64,000 nucleotides of DNA, from NCBI GenBank assembly GCA_009859145.1, contig VRVR01000038.1, positions 124,001 to 188,000 on the forward strand, written 5' to 3'. Numbering within the stretch: the stretch's first letter is position 1; every line of letters starts with the position of its first letter. A model generated the notes under the pieces. That model worked only from the letters and a program-made list of their open reading frames with translations, did not search any database and was not told the DNA's origin. This DNA comes from Andalucia godoyi And28 (taxonomy: Eukaryota; Protista; Jakobida). A program made the translations under genes and the position numbers. Shown piece after piece: positions 1 through 10,148 of this stretch.

Positions 1-348
1 TCGTGTCCTCAGTTGCAGCGCGATTGATGCAACTGGAGATACGAGAGGAAGAGGCGGTAGGAAGACGGTGGGGCATTGCGACTGCGCCTGCGCCTGGTGC
101 ATCGTAGCAGAAAACCAAGAGTTCTGCAAGAGACGGTCCCTGGGGCTTCTGCTTGGGGTTGGCTACCGTGAGTGCTGGAGATTGGAGATCATCGGGTCTT
201 GGAAGTTCGCCTCTTGGCAGTGCGCTGAACGAATGATAGATGGCTACGGATGTTGCCTTGAAGAGCGTCGAAAATGCGGAGCCTGTGTCACAGGTCGCGT
301 CTGTTTATGCATACTTCCGTATGCATGACAATGACGTGTCATTATTCA
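1..348 (-). mobile_element. Left (5') part of a Fanzor/TnpB-derived element, cut by the window edge
   Basis: Reverse complement closely matches 27848-28203 apart from a divergent block near 250-300. Homology ends at TGAATAATGACACGTCAT (position 348). The matching copy continues into a TnpB/Fanzor N-terminal motif. Confidence 0.8.
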
Positions 349-430
349 GCTGTCGAATTGATGCGATAACCCTCCGCTATTTTGTTCTTGTTGTTTTTTC
401 TCTTTTTTTGTTTATTTAATTTTAATCGCA

Positions 431-1542
431 CTACAAACCACGGTTCACAATCACACGCTCATTTTGGTTATGAACCTTCGAGGCAAAGTGGGGCTCCAGA
501 TTCTTGGTATCAATTTCCATGGTTTGCGGGAAAACCGCCAACGTTAAAGGAAGGAAGACAAACATGCCCAAGCCAACGAGCGATGCGTTCACGAGAACGT
601 TTCCAACTTTGGATTTGATACGATCTTGTAAACGGAATGCCATGTACGTCGCCGGAGGGAGAACCATTACAGGAAAGGCAGTCAAGACTCGAGTGATGGC
701 AGTCTGGATGATTGCCAACTTGCCGGCTTCCGGAGACTTTCCAAGGTACGTTCCCTTCTTGTCATAGATGCTCACTCCTTCAACAGTTTCATTGCGTCTC
801 ATCAAGTAGACGTTTGCAGCAGATGCAACAGCGACGGCAATGAAAGGAGAAAACTTGCGAAACTTCGAAGCAACCGGTACAGCTTTGTCCATTAGGAACG
901 ACGTTGCCATCGCGGCACCGGTTGCGCCTCCGTAGGCTTGCAGCAATTGCTGATTCGACAATTGCTGGAGCGTGACGTTTTAATTAAATTAAAAAACAGC
1001 GCGTGAGAAGAAGAAAATGAAAACAAACACGACAATCAATCAAGCGTCGAAAGGAAGCTGCAAAGAACATACATTGCTGGCATTTCGGTTTGCATAATTG
1101 ACGCACGTGTTGTAACTCTGGTTCACAAACTGAAAGAACAAATTCGCTGAAGTACAAACAATAGAGGATTGTAAATACACGTTTCTGTTGACGAGTAATC
1201 GCAAGTTGTGTGTCTGTTAACAAGAAACATACCGGACAGTGATTGAGCTGTCAACATCCCTGCAACAATAACAATGTTCATTGGGACAGCCGCAGACATT
1301 CGAAACGGAAGCGGAATCACATCCTTCGTGTCCGGATGGATCATCGAATCTCGCACCTTCATTGCATACTCGACTTCCTCGGGCGTGTAGTCTTTCGCAT
1401 TTTCCAGGACGTGCATGTAATGATTCAGATCCGCCTTTGTCACGAACAGCGTCCGCATGTCCGTGATCTCAAAACACTTCCGCACACGTGCGACATATCC
1501 CTGGAACCAGTTGGGACCGAAGAAACTCGTAAACGGCACCAT
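431..1542 (-). CDS. SFXN: Sideroflexin (mitochondrial tricarboxylate/serine carrier); 3 exons 1542-1233, 1146-1073, 964-431; 305 aa
   Basis: Motifs HPDT..IPLPFRMSA.VPMN, FVNQSYNTCVNYANRNAS (only after splicing), R.NE..EG, TRV..AFP and LAVFPQ. Removing two GTATGT...AG introns gives one continuous 918-nt frame. Confidence 0.9.
965..1072 (-). other. Spliceosomal intron 2 of sideroflexin (108 nt)
   Basis: GTATGT donor, CCAG acceptor, T-rich interior; removal joins NRNASN to QLSNQQLLQAY. Confidence 0.85.
1147..1232 (-). other. Spliceosomal intron 1 of sideroflexin (86 nt)
   Basis: GTATGT donor and TTCAG acceptor; removal restores the conserved sideroflexin frame. Confidence 0.85.
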
Positions 1543-1622
1543 GTTGGGCTGCTTTAAAAACGGTGGTGGAACACGAAAACCAATCCGAAACCCGGAAAAG
1601 AAACTCCGTGAAAGTATGAAGC

Positions 1623-2301
1623 TGACGGTTGAAGGCTTTGTATATCAACGTTGAACATCAAACGAACAACATCATACTGGAAGCTTTCACACCAACTTAA
1701 CCCTATGGGGGGGGACGTGATTTCCTGACCGTAGTCAAAATCCAGAATTTCTCTCACTCACTATTTTTCTTTCTTTCCACCATTTTTCTGTTTGTTTCTT
1801 ATATTTATAATCGAACCCTCAAGCAGCACCTTTCATCAGAGACAAAGACAAAACACATCGCATGCCTCCAAAGAGGGGTCTTCCCAACAAACTCAGTCCG
1901 GCCATGCCCGAAGACACCGAGAACCACGAAACCCGTTGATTCCCCTCTCGTCGCAACTTGCTGAGCAGGCGGATGATCATCAGATCACGAAGAAGTGATC
2001 GATTGCGTTTGGAATGCGCTTTCAGGTCAGAGAACAAGAAGGAGCAAAGGCAAAAGCGTCGTCCGGCGCGGCGGCGTTCGCCGACTACATTCTGTTTCCT
2101 CCAACGTTTATTTTATGAATGTTGAATCGATTGGGGAATAGGTTTGGTTGCGATGATCCTTTGACTGCATGGAAGAGGTGGTGCTCGCCCCAAATAAAAT
2201 AGCCCAAAAACAAAAACAAAAAACAAAAAACGCGAGGCTTGGATCTGTCTTTGGTGACCGCTAAGCCGATGATCAGTAGTGATTCATGTTTTGGTGATCG
2301 G
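1623..2301 (+). mobile_element. Interspersed ~680-bp repeat, family 2, copy A (putative non-autonomous element)
   Basis: Near-identical to the reverse complement of 13535-14214; the ORF track shows duplicated spurious ORFs in both. Partial copy at ~50225-50582. Confidence 0.8.
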
Positions 2302-2965
2302 CTTGGTGAGCTGGAACTCGAGAGTCCTTGGGCCTTTGGGAGCTGGAGTTGCTGTAGTTTCCTGTTAGTCTTTCTTTTCATTTTTCGTTATTTAATTATT
2401 ATTTTTCCTCCGTTTTTTTTCCCCTTTAAAATTTTGTTGCTTGCTGCCTCTGTTCTTGTTTTTCGTGGCCTGATAGCACAGGTGGTGAAAGCAGCCATTC
2501 GACAGCAGCAGCGCCGTCCCGGTGTGCATAATACCATTATGAATTGGGTTGACGTGACGCAGCGCACTTCTGTTGAATCCACTGTCTTTTGTGCGTGTTC
2601 GAGAATCGCCTGTCTTTAAGAACTCTTTCTTGCAGAATGCATTCAACATTTTCAGATGGACGCACTGTACCGAGCTCTTCAGCGTTTGCCGTGGCGTTGC
2701 ACGCTTTTGCTGAGGCACACAGGAACGACTGTCCACACCAGGTACAGACCAAATACTGCGGTCAGCGGTACCATCATAGCCAAGTGCAGTGGCAGGCAGT
2801 ACTCAACTGTGGCGACGCGTCCCCCCGCTGTCTTTGTGATCGGCGAGATGGGAGATGCTGTGAAGATCAGGGAGTGACAAACCCCGACATTCAAAGCCAG
2901 CATGACAGTCTGCTAGTGCTGCTTGCGTAAAGAAGACTATGAATCCACCCGAAACAAGGTTTTAT

Positions 2966-3787
2966 TCATACAAGCATTGATCGGAATTTCAGCGATATTA
3001 CGTTTCTGAAAGCGTCGCGTAAGCTCGGAACTTTTTTCGATCCAACCTCAAGAATGGACGAGAGTTCTTTAGGGGTGTAACTACCAGCCACCCAGCTTGA
3101 TATCAGGGAGCTGCTCGCGACATTAAAAGCAGAAAAGACGTGCTCACTCTCGCTGCTGGTTTCCTCAGACAAAGTGGGATCCACTAACAATGCATCCGCC
3201 ACGCCAGATGTCGATCTGGAAAAGCAAATATCCAGACCGCATGCGACAAAGTGGCACGGCAATCCGGCGTCCAGAAGAGCAAGCATGACAGTGTTGAAGG
3301 CGCAACTCGTGACGGAGCCGTCAATGTGTACCAGATCAACACTGATGTCGATCCCCGAATGAGGAAATCGGGAAAGCATGATAATTGAACTGAAGGCACT
3401 TTGAAGAAGTCGACATAGCACTGGATTTTCAGGGACAACAGACACTTCTAAGGATGCCTTGTCTGGAAGATCTCTTCTTGATCGCACTTCAATGGGACCG
3501 ACGACGCACGCCAGAACGAGAGATCCCCCTAAGCGTAACAGGATGCATTCCCAAGCAAGCAATAAAACGAAACATAAATAAGACTCGTTGTTACGTCTAA
3601 AAACGAGAGAAGGAAAACGAGGGAAAGGAAAAAAGATGAAGAAAAATACAATAAACCCAAAACAAAACAAAACAAAACAATGCATACCCATTCTCAACGA
3701 GCATGAGCCGTTTGCTGAATGCACTTTGCTTAATTCAGCATGCAAATCTCTTATCTCGTAGGCTGATCTTCCGTCTTTTCTCATCAT
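2966..3787 (-). CDS. RRP46: Exosome core subunit RRP46/EXOSC5-like (RNase PH fold); exons 3787-3688 and 3528-2966; 220 aa
   Basis: Motifs RKDGRSAYEIR.L..ELS.V.SANGS, VLACVVGPIEV...DKASLEV, DGSVTSCAFN..MLALLDAG. An in-frame F-rich insert is bounded by GTATGC...TTAG. Confidence 0.85.
   Translation of the reverse strand: MMRKDGRSAYEIRDLHAELSKVHSANGSCSLRMGMHCFVLFCFGFIVFFFIFFPFPRFPSLVFRRNNESYLCFVLLLAWECILLRLGGSLVLACVVGPIEVRSRRDLPDKASLEVSVVPENPVLCRLLQSAFSSIIMLSRFPHSGIDISVDLVHIDGSVTSCAFNTVMLALLDAGLPCHFVACGLDICFSRSTSGVADALLVDPTLSEETSSESEHVFSAFNVASSSLISSWVAGSYTPKELSSILEVGSKKVPSLRDAFRNVISLKFRSMLV
3529..3687 (-). other. In-frame 159-nt spliceosomal intron in RRP46
   Basis: GTATGC donor, TTAG acceptor, T-rich; length divisible by 3 and no stop codon. 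Confidence 0.8.
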
Positions 3788-4114
3788 AATTGCAGGTGAC
3801 ACCGAGTTCCTGCGCCTCCCACGAAAAAGAAAAGACGTGCATAAGGCGTTTGCGGAAAGTCCGCGGAAAAAGCTCGCGAGGCGCAACGTCGATGGCGGTC
3901 GACTCGGCAATTCTCACTTTTTTTCTGACTGCAATGCCGAACTTCTGCCTCCTAAAGCAGAAGCCCAATAGATTTTTTTTGTCAATTCATGTTTTGAACT
4001 GGCTGCTTTGTCTTGTTTTGTTTTGTTTTGCTTTGTTTTTCTGTCTGTTTCTTTTCTGATTGTTTGTTTTGCTTGTTTTCTTGTGTCGTTTCGACGCTGC
4101 ACCTTGATGTTCGC

Positions 4115-7100
4115 ATGACGGATTCTATCGAGGAGATTCTACAGTCCCAGTCGAACCACGAATTCTTTCGAAATGCTTCGGCATCTCTCCCGTCGTTGGC
4201 TCCAAATCCGGTTCAATACAGTGTGCGTCAGTGGAGGCTGAAAGAAAAGCTGAAGACTTTGCAAGGCATTTTGGTGGTTTGCCTGAATATTGGAGTGGAT
4301 CCACCTGATGTCGTCAAAGTCCATCCTTGCGCAAAGCTTCAATGCTGGGTGGATCCGAGCACGGCAGCCAATGGACCAGCAAACAACGGCACCAAGGCTC
4401 TCGAGATCATCGGAAACAATCTCAAAGCACAGTACGAACGTTGGCAGCCCCGTGCACGTCATTCTCTTTGTTTGGACCCGACGATTGAAGACATTAAGAA
4501 AACAGTATTGAGTGTGCGAAAAAATTCGAAAGGGGATCGCATTTTGTTTCACTACAATGGCCACGGTGTTCCTCGTCCAACACAAAGTGGAGAACTTTGG
4601 TTTTTCAACAAAAACTTCACTCAGTACCTTCCTCTTTCTATTTGGGATGTGTTTACATGGATTGGTGAGCCGAATGTGTTTGTCTTCGACTGCAGTGCCG
4701 CAGCCAACATTGGAATCGCATTGGCCAACTTGCGAATGCAGAAAACGGTTCCGTTGAGAGACACACTTATTCTTGCTGCATGCGGGCCTGGGGAACTTTT
4801 GCCAATGAATCCACGTCTCCCGGCAGATATTTTCTCATCTTGTCTCACCACTCCCATCAAGGTTGCGCTCAAGCTGTACACGTATAACAACCATCTTTTG
4901 AAGAACATTGATGACGATATTCTGGACAAGATTCCAGGGAAAATCATCGATCGCAAGACGCCAATTGGTGAATTGAATTGGATATTTACAGCAATCACGG
5001 ACACAATTGCTTGGAATGTGTTGCCTAGGAAGATGTTTCAAAGATTGTTTCGGCAAGATCTTCTAGTTGCGTCGTTGTTTCGGAACTTCCTGTTTGCTGA
5101 TCGTGTAATGAGACAATTTTCCTGCACTCCAGTCTCATTTCCCCGGATGCCCCCCACTCACAATCATTCTTTGTGGCAGTCGTGGGATCTGGCGTTGGAT
5201 ATTTGCTTATCGCAAATGCCCTTGCTAAATCCGGCTGCGTACACTAATTCTTCTTTTTTTGCCGACCAACTTACTGCATTCGAAGTCTGGTTGGACAATG
5301 CTGAAAAAGGCTGCATGTTCCGAACGTCCGAAGCTCCTGCGCGAGAGTTCGAGCCAGAACAATTGCCCATTGTCTTGCAAGTTTTGCTGAGCCAGACTCA
5401 TCGTTTTAGAGCACTAAAATTGCTGGCGCGGTTTCTAGATTTAGGGCCATGGGCCGTCAATTTGTCTTTGGCGGTCGGAATATTTCCATATGTCCTGAAG
5501 CTTTTGCAAAGCCAAGCGGCAGAATTGCGCGGCGTTCTTGTTTCTATTTGGGCCAGAATTTTGGCGTTGGATGAAAGTTGCCAGGCTGATCTTACAAAAG
5601 ATGGTGGATGGAACTATTTCATCACCTGTTTGAGCGTCAAAACACTGTCTGCTGAACTTAAAGCGAAGGCATGCTTTGTTCTTTGTCGCCTGCTCTCAAA
5701 CCGAATGTCCAAGACGCTGTGTCTTTCATCGCAATTTGTGCCCTCGCTGATCGCCATTTTGTCGGACCCAGAAGCTGCGTCTTGTAACTTGCTGAAGAAG
5801 TGGGTTTGTCTCTGTATCGCCCGTTTTATTGACGATTTTGAAGAAGGACGCCACCACGCTTGGAGAGAATGCATCGACGACTGTTTGGTTTCATTGTTTC
5901 GCGACGACAATCCATCCGTTCGTGCGGCAGCTGTGTATTGCGCTGGAGTCCTTATTCGGGGCTCGACGTCTGCAGCTGGTAGCGATGACACAAACCGGCT
6001 TGGAGAATTGGAGGCGACTAACATCCGTCTTGGTTGGCTAATACTTCCCACTTTGGAGGACGGCTCTGCAATCGTCAGATTGGAAAGTGCTTGTGCTTGT
6101 GGCTATCTCACCGCTAATGCCGCAGATCATATTCGGTCCATTGTTGGACAGGCGGTGAAGGAGGACAAGAACCGGACAGGACATTTTATGCCGAAGTCCA
6201 CCAGTTCAAGAACTGTGGATGATGAAGGAAGCGAGACCAGCGCATCGTCAGTGTCAGAAGACTTTTACCGGTTGTTGTGGTTGAAGCTTCAATTTCTTTC
6301 CATTGACCCCGCTCCTTGGGTCTCCGAAACAGCTTCGAAGATTATACAATTTGTAGTGCGTGGACTCATTGCTCAACAGCAGCAAGAAATGGGTCGTCGT
6401 CCCATTGAAAACGCTGTTGCTCCCCATTTGTCTCCGTCTGTGGCTTCGTCCTATGCAACGTCGTCGCCGACGTCGACTCCAATGTCGAAAAAGAAAAAGG
6501 CTTCGTTCAGCATGTTGAGTCGGTCTTCTAAGGCAGAATTACCTGAAGAACCGATACCGGTTCTTGAAAATGAGCCAGAATTTCTTTCTTCTGCTTTGTC
6601 ACAGTCCGATCTTCCCTCGTCTAATTATTATGACCGTTCGATTGGTGACTTCGCTTGGAATAACCGATCACTGAACGATTTGAATGTACAGAACGTTGAC
6701 GGCTCTGCTCTGCATAAGGCAGCGATAACTCGAAAATTGAAATCTGCATTCGATTTGTCCCACACTGATTTTGTCGATGAAAAGAAGAAACTCGATGATC
6801 CTGTTGCAGTGTTGGATAACATGAGCGAATCCGTGACGTGCCTCCGATTTCATGCCTTTGATCCTGTTCTGGTGATGTCAGATGAGGGTCATAAAATATC
6901 TGTTTGGATGTGGGAGAAGGCGGCGAGGATTCGCACGTTCTCGAATGGCAATCTTGGGGCTTCAAGAATTACTGCTTTAGAATTCATTAACGAATCTCAA
7001 TATGGAGCCTCTGTCTTGGCTGCTGGCTCTGATGACGGGCATGTTCGTGTATGGAAGGGCGCAACCTCTGTCTCGGATTCTGTGGAATTGCTAGCAGGTT

Positions 7101-7765
7101 TTGCTGCAATTTCGGAAATGCCGTCAAAACCTCAAGGTCCAGGTTTGCTAATGACGTGGCAGCAGCAATTCGGCAGATTGACAGTGGGTGGACCGTTGCC
7201 TTTCCTTCGAATCTGGGATCTTGAACGGTTGAAGTGTTTAATGCAGTTGCAAACGGACAATTCTCTCGTTACTTGCATGAATGAGGATCAGGCACTCGGT
7301 AATACTTTGATTGCGGGCTGTGAAGACGGCTCCGTACGCGTCTTCGACACAAGACTCCCGTCAGATCGATCAAATGTTGCGATCTGGAAAGAACATGCTG
7401 GATCGGTGGTGAACGTTCACCGTCAAATGACGACTCCCTCCACGGTTATTTCGGCTTCTATTGCCGGAGACATTAAGTTCTGGGATTTACGAAGATCTGA
7501 AGCTGTTAGAACTGTCGAAGCGCACCGAACTGGTATGACCAGCTTTGCAGTCCACAACTACGCTCCTGTGATGGCTTCAGGCTCGAATAACTCTTTCATC
7601 AAAGTGTACGACATCTATGGTGGAGTGCTGAATATGATTTACTACCATGATGGTTTCCTGGACCAGTGGATGGGGCCTTTGTCTTGTTTGATGTTCCATC
7701 CAACCGAACTATTCCTTGCCGCCGCAGCTGTTGACTCGTCAGTGAGTATTTATGGAAGGAGATAA
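4115..7765 (+). CDS. RPTOR: Raptor/KOG1 (TORC1 subunit), ~1216 aa
   Basis: RNC domain (WRLKEKLKT..ILVVCLNIGVDPPDVVK.HPCAKLQCWVDP, RILFHYNGHGVPRPT, LFRQDLLVASLFRNFL), HEAT repeats and C-terminal WD40 repeats. ATG chosen at 4115 because the upstream ORF is T-rich UTR. Confidence 0.97.
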   Translation: MTDSIEEILQSQSNHEFFRNASASLPSLAPNPVQYSVRQWRLKEKLKTLQGILVVCLNIGVDPPDVVKVHPCAKLQCWVDPSTAANGPANNGTKALEIIGNNLKAQYERWQPRARHSLCLDPTIEDIKKTVLSVRKNSKGDRILFHYNGHGVPRPTQSGELWFFNKNFTQYLPLSIWDVFTWIGEPNVFVFDCSAAANIGIALANLRMQKTVPLRDTLILAACGPGELLPMNPRLPADIFSSCLTTPIKVALKLYTYNNHLLKNIDDDILDKIPGKIIDRKTPIGELNWIFTAITDTIAWNVLPRKMFQRLFRQDLLVASLFRNFLFADRVMRQFSCTPVSFPRMPPTHNHSLWQSWDLALDICLSQMPLLNPAAYTNSSFFADQLTAFEVWLDNAEKGCMFRTSEAPAREFEPEQLPIVLQVLLSQTHRFRALKLLARFLDLGPWAVNLSLAVGIFPYVLKLLQSQAAELRGVLVSIWARILALDESCQADLTKDGGWNYFITCLSVKTLSAELKAKACFVLCRLLSNRMSKTLCLSSQFVPSLIAILSDPEAASCNLLKKWVCLCIARFIDDFEEGRHHAWRECIDDCLVSLFRDDNPSVRAAAVYCAGVLIRGSTSAAGSDDTNRLGELEATNIRLGWLILPTLEDGSAIVRLESACACGYLTANAADHIRSIVGQAVKEDKNRTGHFMPKSTSSRTVDDEGSETSASSVSEDFYRLLWLKLQFLSIDPAPWVSETASKIIQFVVRGLIAQQQQEMGRRPIENAVAPHLSPSVASSYATSSPTSTPMSKKKKASFSMLSRSSKAELPEEPIPVLENEPEFLSSALSQSDLPSSNYYDRSIGDFAWNNRSLNDLNVQNVDGSALHKAAITRKLKSAFDLSHTDFVDEKKKLDDPVAVLDNMSESVTCLRFHAFDPVLVMSDEGHKISVWMWEKAARIRTFSNGNLGASRITALEFINESQYGASVLAAGSDDGHVRVWKGATSVSDSVELLAGFAAISEMPSKPQGPGLLMTWQQQFGRLTVGGPLPFLRIWDLERLKCLMQLQTDNSLVTCMNEDQALGNTLIAGCEDGSVRVFDTRLPSDRSNVAIWKEHAGSVVNVHRQMTTPSTVISASIAGDIKFWDLRRSEAVRTVEAHRTGMTSFAVHNYAPVMASGSNNSFIKVYDIYGGVLNMIYYHDGFLDQWMGPLSCLMFHPTELFLAAAAVDSSVSIYGRR

Positions 7766-10148
7766 CGGACTTTTATGTTCCATCCATGTTTTTTTGGTTT
7801 TCTTTTTGTACTTAAAATGCTTTGTTTGTCAGTACTTTTTGTATTTTGAATGCGTTTGTTCATAGAAAGGAGCAAACATCATCGGAGATGACTGAATGAC
7901 AATACACCAATCAGATGCTGTCGGACGTAGCGGGATCAGCAAGGAAGGACGTTTCACTTCAACAGAGCGAACCCTGGGGTCCTGAAGACAAATGGAAAAA
8001 AATAGAGCGCAAGACAGGAAATGGACAGGCAGATACACAGTAAATAAAGAATGAACCTTGTGACGAAGGACCGCTTAAAGAAAGGAAAAAAGAAAAACAG
8101 AGACGGACACGATGAAAACAGCTACTCCGCCAACATAATTTGCCAATTGCCCACGGAAAGCCGCAAGAGCCGTCACTTTTGAGAGGAGTATGCACAACGA
8201 GCATCCTGAGAGAGTCGTGGAATAATCAAAGGCGGTGCTACGGCAATACGTTCATCTCAGCAATCAGCAAGCAGAAAGACTGGGTAATATATCATAATAC
8301 AGAGCAAGGAACAGACAACAGAACAGCCAGTTGCGCGAGCAAAAAAGATCATGATACAGCGGAGACACCAGAAAGATGTCTCGGAAGAGCTTTGAAAGTC
8401 CGCTGCACAATGACTGCGAATAGAGATTACCAAGACTACCTGGTCTCGAGTGAAATTGTAAAGGCAAACTAAAAATGAAGCACCACAGAAACTACCGGCA
8501 AATCCTTGAATCGAAACCAATACTGGCGAACAAAACATATCGATCGTTTAGCGCGAAGCATTGTCGGTCTGCAGACGTACACGTCGGCACGAATTGGAAG
8601 GAGATCAATTTGGGGGTGTGTGGTTTCCAAGATTTCCAAAAGTATGAACGACTCGAAGTCGTCGTAAAATAAATATGTGAACTGACCAGCAGGGATATCG
8701 CGAAACTCTGCAGGCGACATTATGATTTTCGTCGTAAATGGAAACTGAACAATTCGAATTTTGCTGGCAACTCGTCGAAATATCTGTTGTTGAACGAAGG
8801 GGCATAATGCACGGCTACAGATCTTATGTTTCTCCAGCGTCTACAGAACACAGCGTATCCACGTCGAAAACAGTAGTTGCTCCACATTTACAGGCAAACC
8901 TGCCTGCCTAAATGTGACTTTTTCGTCTGACGATTCGAAAGGTTGCGTCATTTGCGAAAGATGTCTTAGAAGAAAACTGAGTCTGTCTTGATGTCCCTCC
9001 TTGATATCTCGTTGAAAAGAACTGACTGGGCGGGGGCGATATGGTGGGCAGGTTGGGCTTGCTTCTGCAAATTATGGATTGCGCTGATTTGTGAGTCACT
9101 GGAATGTGAAGATCACTCGTCAGCACGATGATCCGGCTAAAACTCGAACATCCAAAATCAAGTGTCCGGTCTACGTTACTGATCAATCCTCCATTGTTAA
9201 AATTAGAAAATAATGTCCCACTGTCCGATGATAATGTGATTGCTTTCGTTGATTTTCAGTTTTTCAGCTGGCGTTTGCTAACAAAAGAGTTCATGATTCG
9301 TAGATTCTGTCGTTCCTGAGACCGATGAGCTTGCTCACGAGAAGCGCCTTTCACACCAGTGAACGCGTTCGCATTCACCATGACTGTTTAAGTGTCCACG
9401 AGAGAGACTTGCGATAACTTCTGCAATTTGATCGACTCGCGTTAGAATGCCGCTGTTCTTGATTCCACTTCATGTAATAATGGATCCGCTTTTCGAAAAC
9501 CAAGTTTGCCGCTTTTTTGCTATGTTTATCTTCTTCTTCTTCCTTCCTTTTTTTTTTTTTGCTGCACTGGCTTCTTAGAATTTTGAGCACTTCGAAAAGT
9601 TTGCCTTGCAACTATTGCAGTCCATCCAGCGTTTTTCCTTTGCTGCCGGTCAGGGACATCGAAGTGCCTCTTGGATGGTTTGTTTCCTTTTCTTGTGTAT
9701 CGTGGTCTTCCATTTTCAACACTGTCTTCGTCTACGTTCCTCAAGTCGTTCTGTTGTCGTATTTGAGAAGATTTCGGTCATTCGCTGTCTCATGCGAACT
9801 TCCTGCTTTTTTGATGAAGACTCACATCCCGCATTGAAAAGGTTGACATCCGACGATGCTCTTGTATGGTGGCGCTTTCTCTTTAACCTCTCTGACATCA
9901 GAATTCGTTTTGTGTATCCTTCTTCTTGGATTGTTGTAACACCGGAGTGTCAAAAGATATGGGACGACAAGCTTCTGAATGCTGCTGATTGCTGCAGGAG
10001 GATTTCTGTTGTAAAAGCGTTTTGGTTTAACTCCTTTCCTGTCGTACAGGTCCTGCACAAAATCTTTTTCTCTGACTTTCGCGCATGTTGCTTTTCATTT
10101 TCGTTTTTTTGTCTTCCTCTTTTTCTGTATCGCACAACCACGTTCTAC

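Noticed and set aside
1985-2030. Frame reading EEVIDCVWNAL in family 2, reminiscent of the TnpB DRDWNA motif
   Set aside because: Both key residues differ and no zinc finger or other RuvC motif is nearby; too weak to call family 2 a TnpB derivative.
2302-2940. Several short overlapping ORFs between repeat A and RRP46
   Set aside because: No recognisable motif or consistent frame; could not support a gene.
9606-10148. 181-codon in-frame extension upstream of SRP40
   Set aside because: T-rich and Phe/Cys-rich; a better ATG context and a typical N-terminus lie at 10149.
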